This document shows positions 28,398-37,400 of a DNA stretch of 64,000 bases, one piece after another. The first letter of the stretch is position 1; each line of letters starts with the position of its first letter. The notes beneath the pieces are model-generated. The model made no database searches. It was not told the origin of the DNA and worked only from the letters and a program-made list of their open reading frames with translations. A program made the position numbers and the translations under genes. This stretch comes from a virus. Taxonomy: Duplodnaviria; Caudoviricetes. Where the stretch lies: positions 1 to 64,000 of IMG/VR virus record IMGVR_UViG_2897059268_000002; one strand, written 5' to 3'.

Positions 28398-28624
28398 CGC
28401 ACAACCCCTCAACACGAGGCTCATTTGTCGCCAGAAACGTTGCTTGCGCCTCCGCAAAACACCACAACCCAGGCGCGACCGGGTTGGCCGTAAACCCTCA
28501 CTACAACCCCCATCCGTTCCGAGTGAGCCGACCATCAGGCAGCCGCAACCCCGTGCGGAGGAGGTGTGTATGAGGCGGCCACACCCAGACCAACGTGTCG
28601 GGCAGGTGCCGGGTTATGGACGAG

Positions 28625-29113
28625 TCAGGCAGCGGGGCGGAGGTCGGAGTTGTGGACGATGTTGTGCAGCGGGCGCTCTGACTTGATCGCGAGAGCTTCC
28701 GCAGCGAACGCCTCCGGCCGACTCCCGAACCACTCAATCGAGAAGTTCGCCACGTCCTGCCACCATGACTTGTCCTTCGCGTGCTCCGGCCAGCGGCGCA
28801 GCGGGTCGTCACTGATGCCGACGTAGAGGAGTTGCTGCGTGGTATCGCGAAGGCGGTAGACGGCCGTGGGAGCCGAGGGGAGGATCTTTCGTCGCCTGAC
28901 CGTGAGCACGTAGTTCAACGGGGAGTCGTAGTCCTCTGCAGGCTCATAGAAGATGCCGGGCCCTGCTGACTTGCAATGCTCCCTACCGGTGCCCAGGTAC
29001 TGCCAGTAGCGGAGGTACTCGGGGTAGAGCTCACGGAGGAACGGGTGAACACCTCCGGGGCGGATGGTGTCGTACAGGTCGTCGAGCGTGATGGGCTCGG
29101 ATAGTTCGGTCAC
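28625..29113 (-). CDS. GIY-YIG domain protein
   Basis: AVYRL...LLYVGIS...RRWPEH...E..AI...PLHN; AAAGGAG RBS. Confidence 0.78.
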   Translation of the reverse strand: MTELSEPITLDDLYDTIRPGGVHPFLRELYPEYLRYWQYLGTGREHCKSAGPGIFYEPAEDYDSPLNYVLTVRRRKILPSAPTAVYRLRDTTQQLLYVGISDDPLRRWPEHAKDKSWWQDVANFSIEWFGSRPEAFAAEALAIKSERPLHNIVHNSDLRPAA

Positions 29114-29187
29114 ACGAAGCTCCTTTCGGGCGCGGCAAAGGGTGGCGCCGAATGCGGACGGTGCCGCTTCGACTACTAGGAAGCGTA

Positions 29188-29211
29188 GCTCTATAGAGCA
29201 ATTGAAAGCTA
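29188..29211. promoter_or_regulatory. Candidate GntR operator 1 (GCTCTATAGAGC)
   Basis: Perfect palindrome; about 23 nt similar to the copy at 30137. Confidence 0.65.
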
Positions 29212-29281
29212 GTGGTTCTCGCGAGATCGGCTAGCCCGGTCGTTGACCAGGGGTGATGCGTAGCGGGTAGCGTTGCTCTAG

Positions 29282-30070
29282 ATGAATCCACCTATAGGAG
29301 CGCCCGTGGAACGCAAGGCCGGCGAACGCAAGTACAGAGAGGTCGCCGATGACCTGCGTCGGCGCATCGCTGAGGGGGAGTTCAGCGAGGGGCGCCGCAA
29401 GCTTCCCTCGGAGCGCGACCTCGTTGAGCAGTACAAGGCGATCACCACTTCGGCGATGACCATCCGCCAGGCCTTGTCTGTTCTGCGGGATGAAGGTCTT
29501 GTCGAGTCGCGCGTGGGCTCGGGGTGGTACGTCGCGGAGTGGAAGCCCATCGTCAGGAACGCCCTGGACCGGCTCTTTCCGGATCGGTGGGGCGAGGCGG
29601 AGTCCATGTGGGACGTCGACATCGAAGGTCGCCGGCTCGACGTAGAAGACCTGCGCGTTCAGTTCGCTCCGGCTCCACCTGAAGCCGCCCGCGTCCTCGG
29701 CGTTGGATCCAAGGTCAAGGTGTGGCACCGGGATCGCCGATACGTGGTGGACGGCGTGCCGGTCATGAGGGCCGCCTCCTACATCCCTGACGAGTTCGCT
29801 CGCGGCACCCAGATCACCGAGAGCGACACGGGGAAGGGTGGCGTCTACGCGAGGCTCCGCGAAGCAGGGCACGGACCTGTCAGCTTCCGTGAGCAGATGC
29901 GGGGCAGGCCTGCTACCGCAGCCGAGGTCGACGATCTCCGCCTGGCTAAGGGTGCGACCGTGATCGAGCAGCACAGGATCGCGAGACGTGAAGACGGCCG
30001 TGTCGTGGAGTGCAGCCGAATGATTCTGGACGCTTCTCGATACCTTCTTGTCTACGACTTCGAGGCCTGA
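29282..30070 (+). CDS. GntR/HutC-family regulator with UTRA domain (KorSA-like)
   Basis: KYREVADDLRRRI...KLPSERDL...TIRQALSVLRDEGLVESRVGSGWYV; UTRA-like C-terminus; precedes tra operon. Confidence 0.9.
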   Translation: MNPPIGAPVERKAGERKYREVADDLRRRIAEGEFSEGRRKLPSERDLVEQYKAITTSAMTIRQALSVLRDEGLVESRVGSGWYVAEWKPIVRNALDRLFPDRWGEAESMWDVDIEGRRLDVEDLRVQFAPAPPEAARVLGVGSKVKVWHRDRRYVVDGVPVMRAASYIPDEFARGTQITESDTGKGGVYARLREAGHGPVSFREQMRGRPATAAEVDDLRLAKGATVIEQHRIARREDGRVVECSRMILDASRYLLVYDFEA

Positions 30071-30081
30071 CCTGCGCTTTT

Positions 30082-30112
30082 GGGCCCTCACCCTGCCGGG
30101 TGGGGGCCCTTT
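30082..30112 (+). terminator. Hairpin terminator after GntR gene
   Basis: GGGCCCTCACCC-TGCC-GGGTGGGGGCCC followed by TTT. Confidence 0.6.
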
Positions 30113-30136
30113 CTGCTGCCTCCGATGACTCATTCT

Positions 30137-30159
30137 CTCTATAGAGGCATTGATTGCTA
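30137..30159. promoter_or_regulatory. Candidate GntR operator 2 / transfer operon promoter
   Basis: CTCTATAGAGGCATTGATTGCTA versus CTCTATAGAGCAATTGAAAGCTA at 29189. Confidence 0.65.
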
Positions 30160-30215
30160 CATAGCAGTGTGGTTACCTATGGGTGTCACCCCAGCCGAGC
30201 AAATGGGAGCACTCA

Positions 30216-30449
30216 ATGACGCCCACCCCTGCCGCTCCCATGAGCGGCTACCTGACCACCGGCCAGGCGGCAGCCCGGATCGGATCCACCCCCCAGTACG
30301 TCCGCGAGCTCATCCATGCCGGGCACTTCGACGCCATCGACATCGGCACCGGCGAGCGCGCCCGGTTCCGGGTCACCGCTGAGTCCGTCGAGAAGTTCCT
30401 CACCGCCCGCGCCGTCCGCCCCGCCTCCCCGTCGGAGGTGGCGGCATGA
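30216..30449 (+). CDS. Excisionase-like HTH_17 protein
   Basis: YLTTGQAAARIGSTPQYVRELIHAG...RFRVTAESVEKFL. Confidence 0.8.
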   Translation: MTPTPAAPMSGYLTTGQAAARIGSTPQYVRELIHAGHFDAIDIGTGERARFRVTAESVEKFLTARAVRPASPSEVAA

Positions 30450-30613
30450 CCCCGCCGATCACCCCGCCGTCCGCCCCGCTCTCTCCGACGGACATCGCCG
30501 CCCACGAGGCTGGCTCGTATGTCCGCCGCACGGTGACCCCGACCCGCGAGTCGGTCACCCTCCCCGCCGAGTCTCCGGCCCGCCGCCGGCTGATTTCCCT
30601 GCGACGTCTCTGA
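30446..30613 (+). CDS. Small hypothetical protein
   Basis: GGAGG RBS; coupled on both sides. Confidence 0.5.
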   Translation: MTPPITPPSAPLSPTDIAAHEAGSYVRRTVTPTRESVTLPAESPARRRLISLRRL

Positions 30614-30747
30614 TGGCCGCGGCCGAGCAGCCCCGCGAGAACACGATCGTCGCGGAGCCCGCCACCCCCGACGCCTGCAAGCGCGACTACCAGGCGGCTG
30701 CTGATGTTCGGGCGCAGTTGGCCCGGCAGGAAGCCCGCCGCCGGTAG
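30613..30747 (+). CDS. Small hypothetical protein
   Basis: TGATG coupling. Confidence 0.5.
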   Translation: MAAAEQPRENTIVAEPATPDACKRDYQAAADVRAQLARQEARRR

Positions 30748-30834
30748 CACCCCCAGTCCGCCGCTCCTGCCCGGTGTCCGACCCCCGTCCCGGGCGGGAG
30801 CGGTACTCCACCCCCACCCTTTGGAAGGACAGTC

Positions 30835-31077
30835 ATGCCCGCGAATCTCGACATTCCTGATGTGCACGTGCTGTTGGCCGCCGAGGGCACCCTGCACCTC
30901 GACAGCCCGCAGAGCGAGGCCGACGTGGCCGCCGCGGTCACCCAGGCGGTTGTGGCCGCCACCCAGGCGTACCGGGTCGCTTACGCCCACGCCGGTGGTG
31001 ACGACGAGAACGAGACCGTTGACGGCCTCGACATGGCGTTCCATCTGCTCCGCGGCATCGCCAACGACCTGAAGTAA
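30835..31077 (+). CDS. Hypothetical protein
   Basis: GGAAGGA RBS. Confidence 0.6.
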   Translation: MPANLDIPDVHVLLAAEGTLHLDSPQSEADVAAAVTQAVVAATQAYRVAYAHAGGDDENETVDGLDMAFHLLRGIANDLK

Positions 31078-31120
31078 CCCCCACCCCAAACACTCCATCA
31101 CCCAACCGAAGGGCACCCCC

Positions 31121-31405
31121 ATGTCTCTGGAACTGATCCACTCTGCTTTCGACGCCCACGAGGCCGAGAAGGCCACTGAGCTGGCCGCCGAATTGGCCAG
31201 CCAGGTAGACGCCTACGAGGCGGAGGAGGCGACCCGCCTGGACCTCGCCGCCCGATACGAGATCGCCCTCGGGAACGGCGACCTGCTCGGCATCCGGCGG
31301 ATTGAGGCGCTCGCTGCCAGCTTCGAGCTCCTCCACCCTGGGGCACCTCGGGTCCTTGCGGACTGGCACGACGGCATCCGCTACGACGCCCCGGTCGCAG
31401 CCTGA
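31121..31405 (+). CDS. Hypothetical protein
   Basis: RBS and GC3 bias. Confidence 0.6.
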   Translation: MSLELIHSAFDAHEAEKATELAAELASQVDAYEAEEATRLDLAARYEIALGNGDLLGIRRIEALAASFELLHPGAPRVLADWHDGIRYDAPVAA

Positions 31406-31587
31406 TGGCCGCCTACAGCGCAGGCGACCAGGTCGACATGCACGACCTGCCCGAGCACTGCGGTGCACCGATGGAGCTCTACCGGGCTTACGCCACCGAC
31501 TACGAGGTGGTCTGCCGGGGCCGGGACTACGGATTCGGAGTCGACCACGACGGCGTCATCCGCACCTCGCCCACCAACACCCCCTGA
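31405..31587 (+). CDS. Small hypothetical protein, possible Zn ribbon
   Basis: HCGAPM...C; coupled. Confidence 0.55.
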   Translation: MAAYSAGDQVDMHDLPEHCGAPMELYRAYATDYEVVCRGRDYGFGVDHDGVIRTSPTNTP

Positions 31588-31679
31588 CCCCCCGGGCTGC
31601 CCTGTCGTCCCCAGCCCCACGGCTGGTGGCGGCGGAGTGGTCCGGGACCACCCGGACCCAACACCCAAGGAGAGCCCCC

Positions 31680-31892
31680 ATGGCCAGCGCCCGTCACTTC
31701 TTCAAGAGCCAGTCCGCCGAGCAGACCCGCGCCGACATCACCGCCGACATCAAGAACAGCCGCAAGGCGCAGCGTGAGGCTGCCGCGAACGGCCAGCACC
31801 GTGTCGCCGAGATGATGCGGCAGGGCGCCGACGAGGCCCTCGACGAGCTGAACCGGCTGAACGACGGCACGTGGAAGCCCAACCACGCATGA
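31680..31892 (+). CDS. Hypothetical protein
   Basis: AAGGAG RBS. Confidence 0.6.
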   Translation: MASARHFFKSQSAEQTRADITADIKNSRKAQREAAANGQHRVAEMMRQGADEALDELNRLNDGTWKPNHA

Positions 31893-32269
31893 GCATCGTC
31901 GGCATCATCTCGTTCGGCTTCCTGCACGGTGAGCCCCCGGCCGCGCATCTGACGCTCGACCTGCGGCAGCACTTCCGGGACCCGCACGTGTCTCCGGAGC
32001 TGCGGTACATGACCGCGGCCGACGAACCGGTGCAGCGGGCGGTCCTCGGAACCCCGGGCATCACCGGCCTGGTTGGGGCTGTGGCGGACGCGGTCTCCGC
32101 GTTCGCCGCGGGCCCCAGCGCCGGGCCCGTGACCGTTGCCGACGGGTGCGCGGGCGGCCGGCACCGGGCCCCCGTCTTCGCCCAGGCCCTCGCCGACCGG
32201 CTGACCGCCGACGGGCACACCGTCACCGTCCAGCACCGCGACCTGCACCGCCCCGTCGTCAACCGCTGA
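31889..32269 (+). CDS. Stand-alone RapZ C-terminal-like domain protein
   Basis: ISFGFLHG, DLR.HFRDPH, GCAGGRHR, V.HRD. Confidence 0.8.
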   Translation: MSIVGIISFGFLHGEPPAAHLTLDLRQHFRDPHVSPELRYMTAADEPVQRAVLGTPGITGLVGAVADAVSAFAAGPSAGPVTVADGCAGGRHRAPVFAQALADRLTADGHTVTVQHRDLHRPVVNR

Positions 32270-32280
32270 AGGAGCACCCC

Positions 32281-32526
32281 ATGACCGCCATGACCGCCAT
32301 GACCGAGACCCGTTCGCAGGAGATCGCCGCCGAGGCCCTGGCCAAGGCCGTGGAGTACGCCGACAGGGCTGGCCGGCTCGCCGCCCACGACACCGCGTGC
32401 AGCCTCCGGGACAACGGCCCGGCGATCACCGCCTACAGCGGCCTCGCCACCGTCTACGCCGAGATCGCCAAGGCCGCCGCCGTCGTCGCCGCCGAGACCG
32501 GCCGCGCCATCTCTAAGCCCGCCTGA
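32281..32526 (+). CDS. Hypothetical protein
   Basis: AAGGAG RBS. Confidence 0.6.
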   Translation: MTAMTAMTETRSQEIAAEALAKAVEYADRAGRLAAHDTACSLRDNGPAITAYSGLATVYAEIAKAAAVVAAETGRAISKPA

Positions 32527-32561
32527 ATCGCTCCGCCCCACCAGGAAGGAACTGAACCGCC

Positions 32562-33953
32562 GTGACGACCAGCCCGCCTCAGGTGAACGGCCACCCCCGC
32601 ACCCTGCCCGTCCTGGGGGAATGGCAGGCCATCACCAAAGCCATAGAGCAGCCCGTGGCCGCCGAAACGGCGAACGGGCCCACCGAACCCAAGCTCGACC
32701 TGATCGCCGAAGCTGAAGCCGAAGCGATCCGGGCCCGCGCCGCCGCCGAGTCCGAAGCGCGCCGCAAAGCCGCCGAAGCCGAAGCCGAAGCCGTTCGTAT
32801 CAAGGCCGAAGCCGAAGCCGAGAAGCAGCGCCTCGCGAATGAGCGAGCCGCCATGAAGCTGGAAGCCGACAAAGCAACCCACGCCAAGCGTCTCGCCGAG
32901 CTCGACGCACAGAAGGCTGCCGCCGAAGCCGCCGCGCTCAAGGCCCGCAAGGTATCCGAGGTCGAGGCTGGCCGGGCCGCCGCACGTGAAGCGGAGCAGA
33001 AGCGCACCGAGCACATTTGGAAGTGGGGTGCCCGCGCCATCTACGCAGTGGGACTGATCATCGCTTCCCCCATCCAGTTCCTCGCGTTCTGGGACAAGGA
33101 GCGCCCCTTCCTCGTCGCGGCTCCGGCTCTCCTAGAGGGGCTCGCCCTCGTTCTCGCCTTCGGTGCGGCGTGGGCTGTTGCTCACCGCCGAGACGTTCTG
33201 CCCTACCGCGTCGGCATCATGGTCGGTGCCTTGATCGCAGCAGGCATCAATTTGTGGCACGGACTCGACGACCCCGAGATCGGCCTCAACGCCGGAATCA
33301 TCGGAGCCATCGCCTCCGTCGGCGGCCCGATTGTCCTCATGGCCTACGAGCACGGCATTGCGCAGAAGGCCGACGGGGTCCCGTCATGGCGCGAGCAGCG
33401 AGCCGCCGACAAGGCCCGCGAAGCAGAAGAAGCAGTCAAGTCGCAGGCGAAAGCCGAGAAGGAAGCAGCCGAAGGGAAGGCCGCCGCCGACAAGGCTGAG
33501 CAGCAGGCCCGGCTCGAAGCCGAACAGCAGCGCAAGGACGCCGACAGGCGGGACCAGCACAAGGACGTCTGGGACGTCGCCGAAGCCTTCCGTTCCGCCC
33601 GTGGCGCGCAGGTGGTGACCGAGCAGATCTGGGCTGATGCCTGGTATCGGGTGACGGGCACCAAGCTCATCGGGATCCGGCCCGAGATCGAGGCTCAGAG
33701 CAGGCTCGCTGCGGCCCGCATGAAGGACGCCTCGGAGTGCCCGGTTGGCGACGCTGCGTCGCAGGTCGAATCCCAAATGCCCCCCAGGCAGAAGAAGGAC
33801 CAGGACGCCCCCGACGGGCGCCGCCACAACGGCGGCATCCCGCCCATCCGGCAGCCCGGCGACACGACCCCCTACCACCGTGCTGCCGCCGTGTCGGCAG
33901 CCGACACCGCACGCCGTTCCGTGACCGCCCGAATCACAGCTGAGGAGAACTGA
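32562..33953 (+). CDS. Coiled-coil / 4-TM membrane protein (Spd-like spread protein candidate)
   Basis: EAEA coiled coil, four hydrophobic helices, second coiled coil; directly upstream of traA/traB. Confidence 0.65.
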   Translation: MTTSPPQVNGHPRTLPVLGEWQAITKAIEQPVAAETANGPTEPKLDLIAEAEAEAIRARAAAESEARRKAAEAEAEAVRIKAEAEAEKQRLANERAAMKLEADKATHAKRLAELDAQKAAAEAAALKARKVSEVEAGRAAAREAEQKRTEHIWKWGARAIYAVGLIIASPIQFLAFWDKERPFLVAAPALLEGLALVLAFGAAWAVAHRRDVLPYRVGIMVGALIAAGINLWHGLDDPEIGLNAGIIGAIASVGGPIVLMAYEHGIAQKADGVPSWREQRAADKAREAEEAVKSQAKAEKEAAEGKAAADKAEQQARLEAEQQRKDADRRDQHKDVWDVAEAFRSARGAQVVTEQIWADAWYRVTGTKLIGIRPEIEAQSRLAAARMKDASECPVGDAASQVESQMPPRQKKDQDAPDGRRHNGGIPPIRQPGDTTPYHRAAAVSAADTARRSVTARITAEEN

Positions 33954-33954
33954 T

Positions 33955-34533
33955 ATGAGCACTGCCGCCGACCAGGGATGGCCCTGGGCAGGGCCCCAGC
34001 CTTCCGTCCCGCCCCGCCCGCGTACTGAACCCACCAATGGCACCCGGCCGACCAGCGTGGACAACTCGAAGACGCGCACCGGCGGCGGGTTCAACCCGTC
34101 GATCGGGCTCGCCGTGAACAAGACCGTCGTGAACGGCAAGGGTGCCCCCGCGGCCCCCGGTGCCGGCGCCGCAGGCGGTACCGGGGGGAAGGTTCCCGGC
34201 TCCGACTTCATGTCCAACGAGGACATCCGCGCGTTCTGCGAGTACCTCCGCAAGGAGTCCCGGAACCGGGCCACCGAGCGGGCCATGGACGCCGACCACC
34301 TCGAAGCGGTCCTCCGCACCATCCCCGACGGGGGAGGCAGCCTCCACGGAGCCCGCGCCCGGGCCCGCCGGGTGTCCCGGTGGCTGCGGAAGGTCGCCGC
34401 CGCGGAGAAGAACATCCAGAAGTACAGCGCCATGATCTACGGCACGTTCGAGCGGGAGTACGAGTCCGACCTGCGGAAGGTCGGCAAGGGCCGCACCCAG
34501 CCGCCCCGCCCCACCAAGTTCGGCTGGCGCTAA
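33955..34533 (+). CDS. traA: Streptomyces plasmid transfer protein TraA-like
   Basis: DFMSNEDIRAFCE...ARARARRVSRWL; immediately upstream of traB. Confidence 0.65.
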   Translation: MSTAADQGWPWAGPQPSVPPRPRTEPTNGTRPTSVDNSKTRTGGGFNPSIGLAVNKTVVNGKGAPAAPGAGAAGGTGGKVPGSDFMSNEDIRAFCEYLRKESRNRATERAMDADHLEAVLRTIPDGGGSLHGARARARRVSRWLRKVAAAEKNIQKYSAMIYGTFEREYESDLRKVGKGRTQPPRPTKFGWR

Positions 34534-34568
34534 CCACCCCCGACCACCACCTGATCAGGAGTACACCC

Positions 34569-36566
34569 GTGGCTGACAGCCAGAAGGCCGACCTGTGGAA
34601 GGCCATCAAGCACCCCCGCATGAGGCCCTGGCTGACCGTTGCCGCCGAGGTCCCCGCCACCTTCGCCTCCCACCACTACTGGGGGAACTCCGTACCCGCC
34701 GCGATCGGCCTCACCGTCGCCGCAGGGGTACTCACCGCTGCCACCTGGTGGGCAGGCGAAGGAACCCGGCCCGGGCGGCGTATCCACGCCACCCTGTCCA
34801 CCGGCCTCGGCACCTCCTACCTCGTCGTCGGTACCGCCGTCGGCCCGTTCGACCCGGCGCTCGCCTCCACCCTCGTCATCGGCGGTGCCGTCGCCGCCGG
34901 GTCGTGGAACATCCGCCAGGCCCTCCGCGTCAACGTCGACCCGCAGAAGGCTGGCGGCAACGCCGAGACCGGGGTCCTCGTCAAGGCCATCGGCGAAGCC
35001 AAGGTCGCCCTCCGCGGCAAGCCGAAGATCGAACCCAACAAGGTCACCGCACCCCTCCAGCTGTCCGCCGGGCAGGTCACCTCCGACGACCTCGGGAACC
35101 GCATCAAGCACATCGCCGGTGAACTCGGCGTCTCCCCGACCAGCATCCGCGTCATCCCCGACCCCGACGACGCCGCCCGCGCCACCCTCGTTGTCGTACC
35201 CAAGGACGAACTGAAGCAGCCCACTCCCTGGCCCGGCCCATCCGCTCCGGGCGGCAGCATCACCGACCCCATCGTCATCGGCATCTACGAAGACGGCGAG
35301 GAAACCCGACTGTGGTTCCCCGCCGGCCCGGGGCGGAACGCCACCCACTTCCTCACTGCGGGCATGAACGGCTCCGGGAAGTCCGCTGGCCAGTCCGTTG
35401 CAATCGCCGAGGCCCTGACCCGCCGCGATGTCATCGTCTGGGCCGTTGACCCGTCCAAGGGCATGCAGACGTTCGCCCCGTTCCTGCCCCACCTCGACTG
35501 GGTCGAGATGACCGAGGCCGGCGGCAACGAGATGATCGACGCCCTCACTCAGGTCATCACCGCCCGCGCCAACACCCTCGGGCAGCACGGCTACAAGAAC
35601 TGGACCCCGCAGGCCCACGACCAGCTCGGCATGCCCTACCTGATCGTGTGGATCGAGGAGGCGGCCAAGTTCTTCCGCAACGGCACAGAGATGGAAGGCC
35701 TCGTCATGGAGGCCCGGTCCGCCGGGATCAGCGTCATCATCAGCCTCCAGCGGCCCTCCGCCACCAGCATGCCCACCGACGTCCGCGAGCAGCTCGGCGG
35801 TGCCATCTGCTTCGGCGTCAAGGGCTCCACCACCGCCGACATGGCGCTCCCCGACGACGTTCGCGACGCCGGCGCCCGCCCCGAAGCGTGGGAGAACCGC
35901 AAGCCCGGCTACGCCTACCTCGTCGCCCCCGGCGTCGACGAAGACCGGTACGCCACCCCGCTGCGTACCTACCTCATCGACGACGACCAGATCACCGGGG
36001 CGCTCTCGATCCTGCCCCGCACCCCCATCGACCCTGTTACCGCTGCCGCAGCCGGTGACGCCTACACCAACCGCACCCGATACGACGCTGACACCCCCCT
36101 GGCCAGCAACGACACTGACAGGCAGGAGAACGTCCTCATGAGCAAGGACGACAACGAGCAGGCCGAGAAGGCGCTGCTGGAGAAGCAGGTCGACCGGGAG
36201 ATCGACGCCATGGTCGGCGACGACCCCGACGACGACGGGTTCGTTCCCGACGTTGACGCCGAGCAGGAGATCGCCCCGGTGAGCGAGGTGTGGTCGTTCG
36301 GGCAGGCCAAGGCCCCCGTCGAGGAGAAGACGCCGGAGGCCGGCATGGAGGCCCTGATGGCGATGCTGGCCGAGTTCCGGGCGGAGGAGCGGGAGTTCAT
36401 CGGCCCGAAGGACTTCGGCCCGTTCGGGAAGGGGCAGCGCATCGGGAGGGCCCGTTCCTGGGTGTCAGGAACCCTCGGAGACCTGTCAGACGCCGGGATT
36501 CACCTGTCAGAAACGGACAAGCCGGGGGTGTACAGGCTGCTGTACCCGGAGCTGGCGGAGGTCTGA
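34569..36566 (+). CDS. traB: Conjugative DNA translocase TraB (FtsK/SpoIIIE family)
   Basis: N-terminal TM helices; Walker A AGMNGSGKS; DPSKG; Walker B LIVWIEEA; ARSAGISVIISLQRP; C-terminal wHTH. Confidence 0.88.
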   Translation: MADSQKADLWKAIKHPRMRPWLTVAAEVPATFASHHYWGNSVPAAIGLTVAAGVLTAATWWAGEGTRPGRRIHATLSTGLGTSYLVVGTAVGPFDPALASTLVIGGAVAAGSWNIRQALRVNVDPQKAGGNAETGVLVKAIGEAKVALRGKPKIEPNKVTAPLQLSAGQVTSDDLGNRIKHIAGELGVSPTSIRVIPDPDDAARATLVVVPKDELKQPTPWPGPSAPGGSITDPIVIGIYEDGEETRLWFPAGPGRNATHFLTAGMNGSGKSAGQSVAIAEALTRRDVIVWAVDPSKGMQTFAPFLPHLDWVEMTEAGGNEMIDALTQVITARANTLGQHGYKNWTPQAHDQLGMPYLIVWIEEAAKFFRNGTEMEGLVMEARSAGISVIISLQRPSATSMPTDVREQLGGAICFGVKGSTTADMALPDDVRDAGARPEAWENRKPGYAYLVAPGVDEDRYATPLRTYLIDDDQITGALSILPRTPIDPVTAAAAGDAYTNRTRYDADTPLASNDTDRQENVLMSKDDNEQAEKALLEKQVDREIDAMVGDDPDDDGFVPDVDAEQEIAPVSEVWSFGQAKAPVEEKTPEAGMEALMAMLAEFRAEEREFIGPKDFGPFGKGQRIGRARSWVSGTLGDLSDAGIHLSETDKPGVYRLLYPELAEV

Positions 36567-36743
36567 CACCTCGGGGTGTCAGCGCTGACACCCCCTCTGA
36601 CCTGCGGTGACACCGTTCTGACACGGTTCTGACACTCCGAAGGTGTCAGAACCGGTGTCAGAAGCCCTCCGGAGGGCTGATTCCTATAGGTCATGCGCGT
36701 GCGCGCGCGTGGCCGCCCCCGCGATGACACCCCAACCTGACAC
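36462..36743. repeat. clt-like locus: cluster of (T)CTGACAC / GTGTCAG(A) repeats
   Basis: About 12 copies; TTCTGACAC at 36616 and 36627; GTGTCAGAA at 36643 and 36655; palindrome at 36573-36594. Confidence 0.78.
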
Positions 36744-36756
36744 AGGAGACAAAACC

Positions 36757-37188
36757 GTGAAAAGCCCCGAAACGGACGGAGGTTGGGCCAAGGTACTCGC
36801 CGCCGCACTCCGCACCTGGACCACCGTCGACAACGACCCCGAACCCCCCGTCGCACGCCTCGAAATCCGCTACCCGCCCCACTGGGCGTTCACCTCCACC
36901 AACAACATCACCGCCCGCCAGCAAGCCCGGCTCCTCGCGTTCCTCCGCGACGACCTCGCCGAAAACCGGCCCGGACACTCCACCCCCGAACGCGCCGCCG
37001 CAGTCATCCACGGCCTCATCACCGAACACGCCGCCGCCGGCCACACCCGCATCACCACCGCAGACCTCGCCGAAGCCGCACCCCGCATCGGCCGGTCCCG
37101 AACCTGGATCGCCGCCCACATCACCGACCTCATCGACGACGGCGTCCTCCACGAAACCAGGCGCCCCGACACCTTCCGCATCAACTAG
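36757..37188 (+). CDS. Protein with TraB-like C-terminal winged helix
   Basis: IGRSRTWIAAHITDLIDDGVLHETRRPDTFRI aligns with the TraB C-terminus; AGGAG RBS. Confidence 0.7.
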   Translation: MKSPETDGGWAKVLAAALRTWTTVDNDPEPPVARLEIRYPPHWAFTSTNNITARQQARLLAFLRDDLAENRPGHSTPERAAAVIHGLITEHAAAGHTRITTADLAEAAPRIGRSRTWIAAHITDLIDDGVLHETRRPDTFRIN

Positions 37189-37196
37189 GAGGCCCC

Positions 37197-37391
37197 GTGT
37201 TCACCGGAACCCCCGCCGAACTCCGGCGCCGCGAACAGCAGGCAGCCGAGTACGCCGCACAGGTCGCCGACCTCCTCAACGCCATCCACCAGCTGGGCAT
37301 CGGCGTCGTCATATCCACCTCGAACCGGGTCGCTGGACCCGGCTTCGCCATCCGCCCCGTAAACGGCCGCTGGGCCGTCGACCATCACTAG
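37197..37391 (+). CDS. Hypothetical protein
   Basis: AGGAGG RBS. Confidence 0.6.
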   Translation: MFTGTPAELRRREQQAAEYAAQVADLLNAIHQLGIGVVISTSNRVAGPGFAIRPVNGRWAVDHH

Positions 37392-37400
37392 GAGCCCACC

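Noticed and set aside
27520-28620. CRISPR array, tRNA genes or protein-coding genes in the long intergenic region
   Set aside because: Repeats are short inverted pairs about 300 bp apart with no cas genes; I saw no cloverleaf; the short ORFs lack GC3 bias and clear RBSs
36560-36670. Mini-CRISPR interpretation of the repeats after traB
   Set aside because: Units are 7-9 bp in mixed orientation with no unique 30-40 bp spacers; fits clt/TRS
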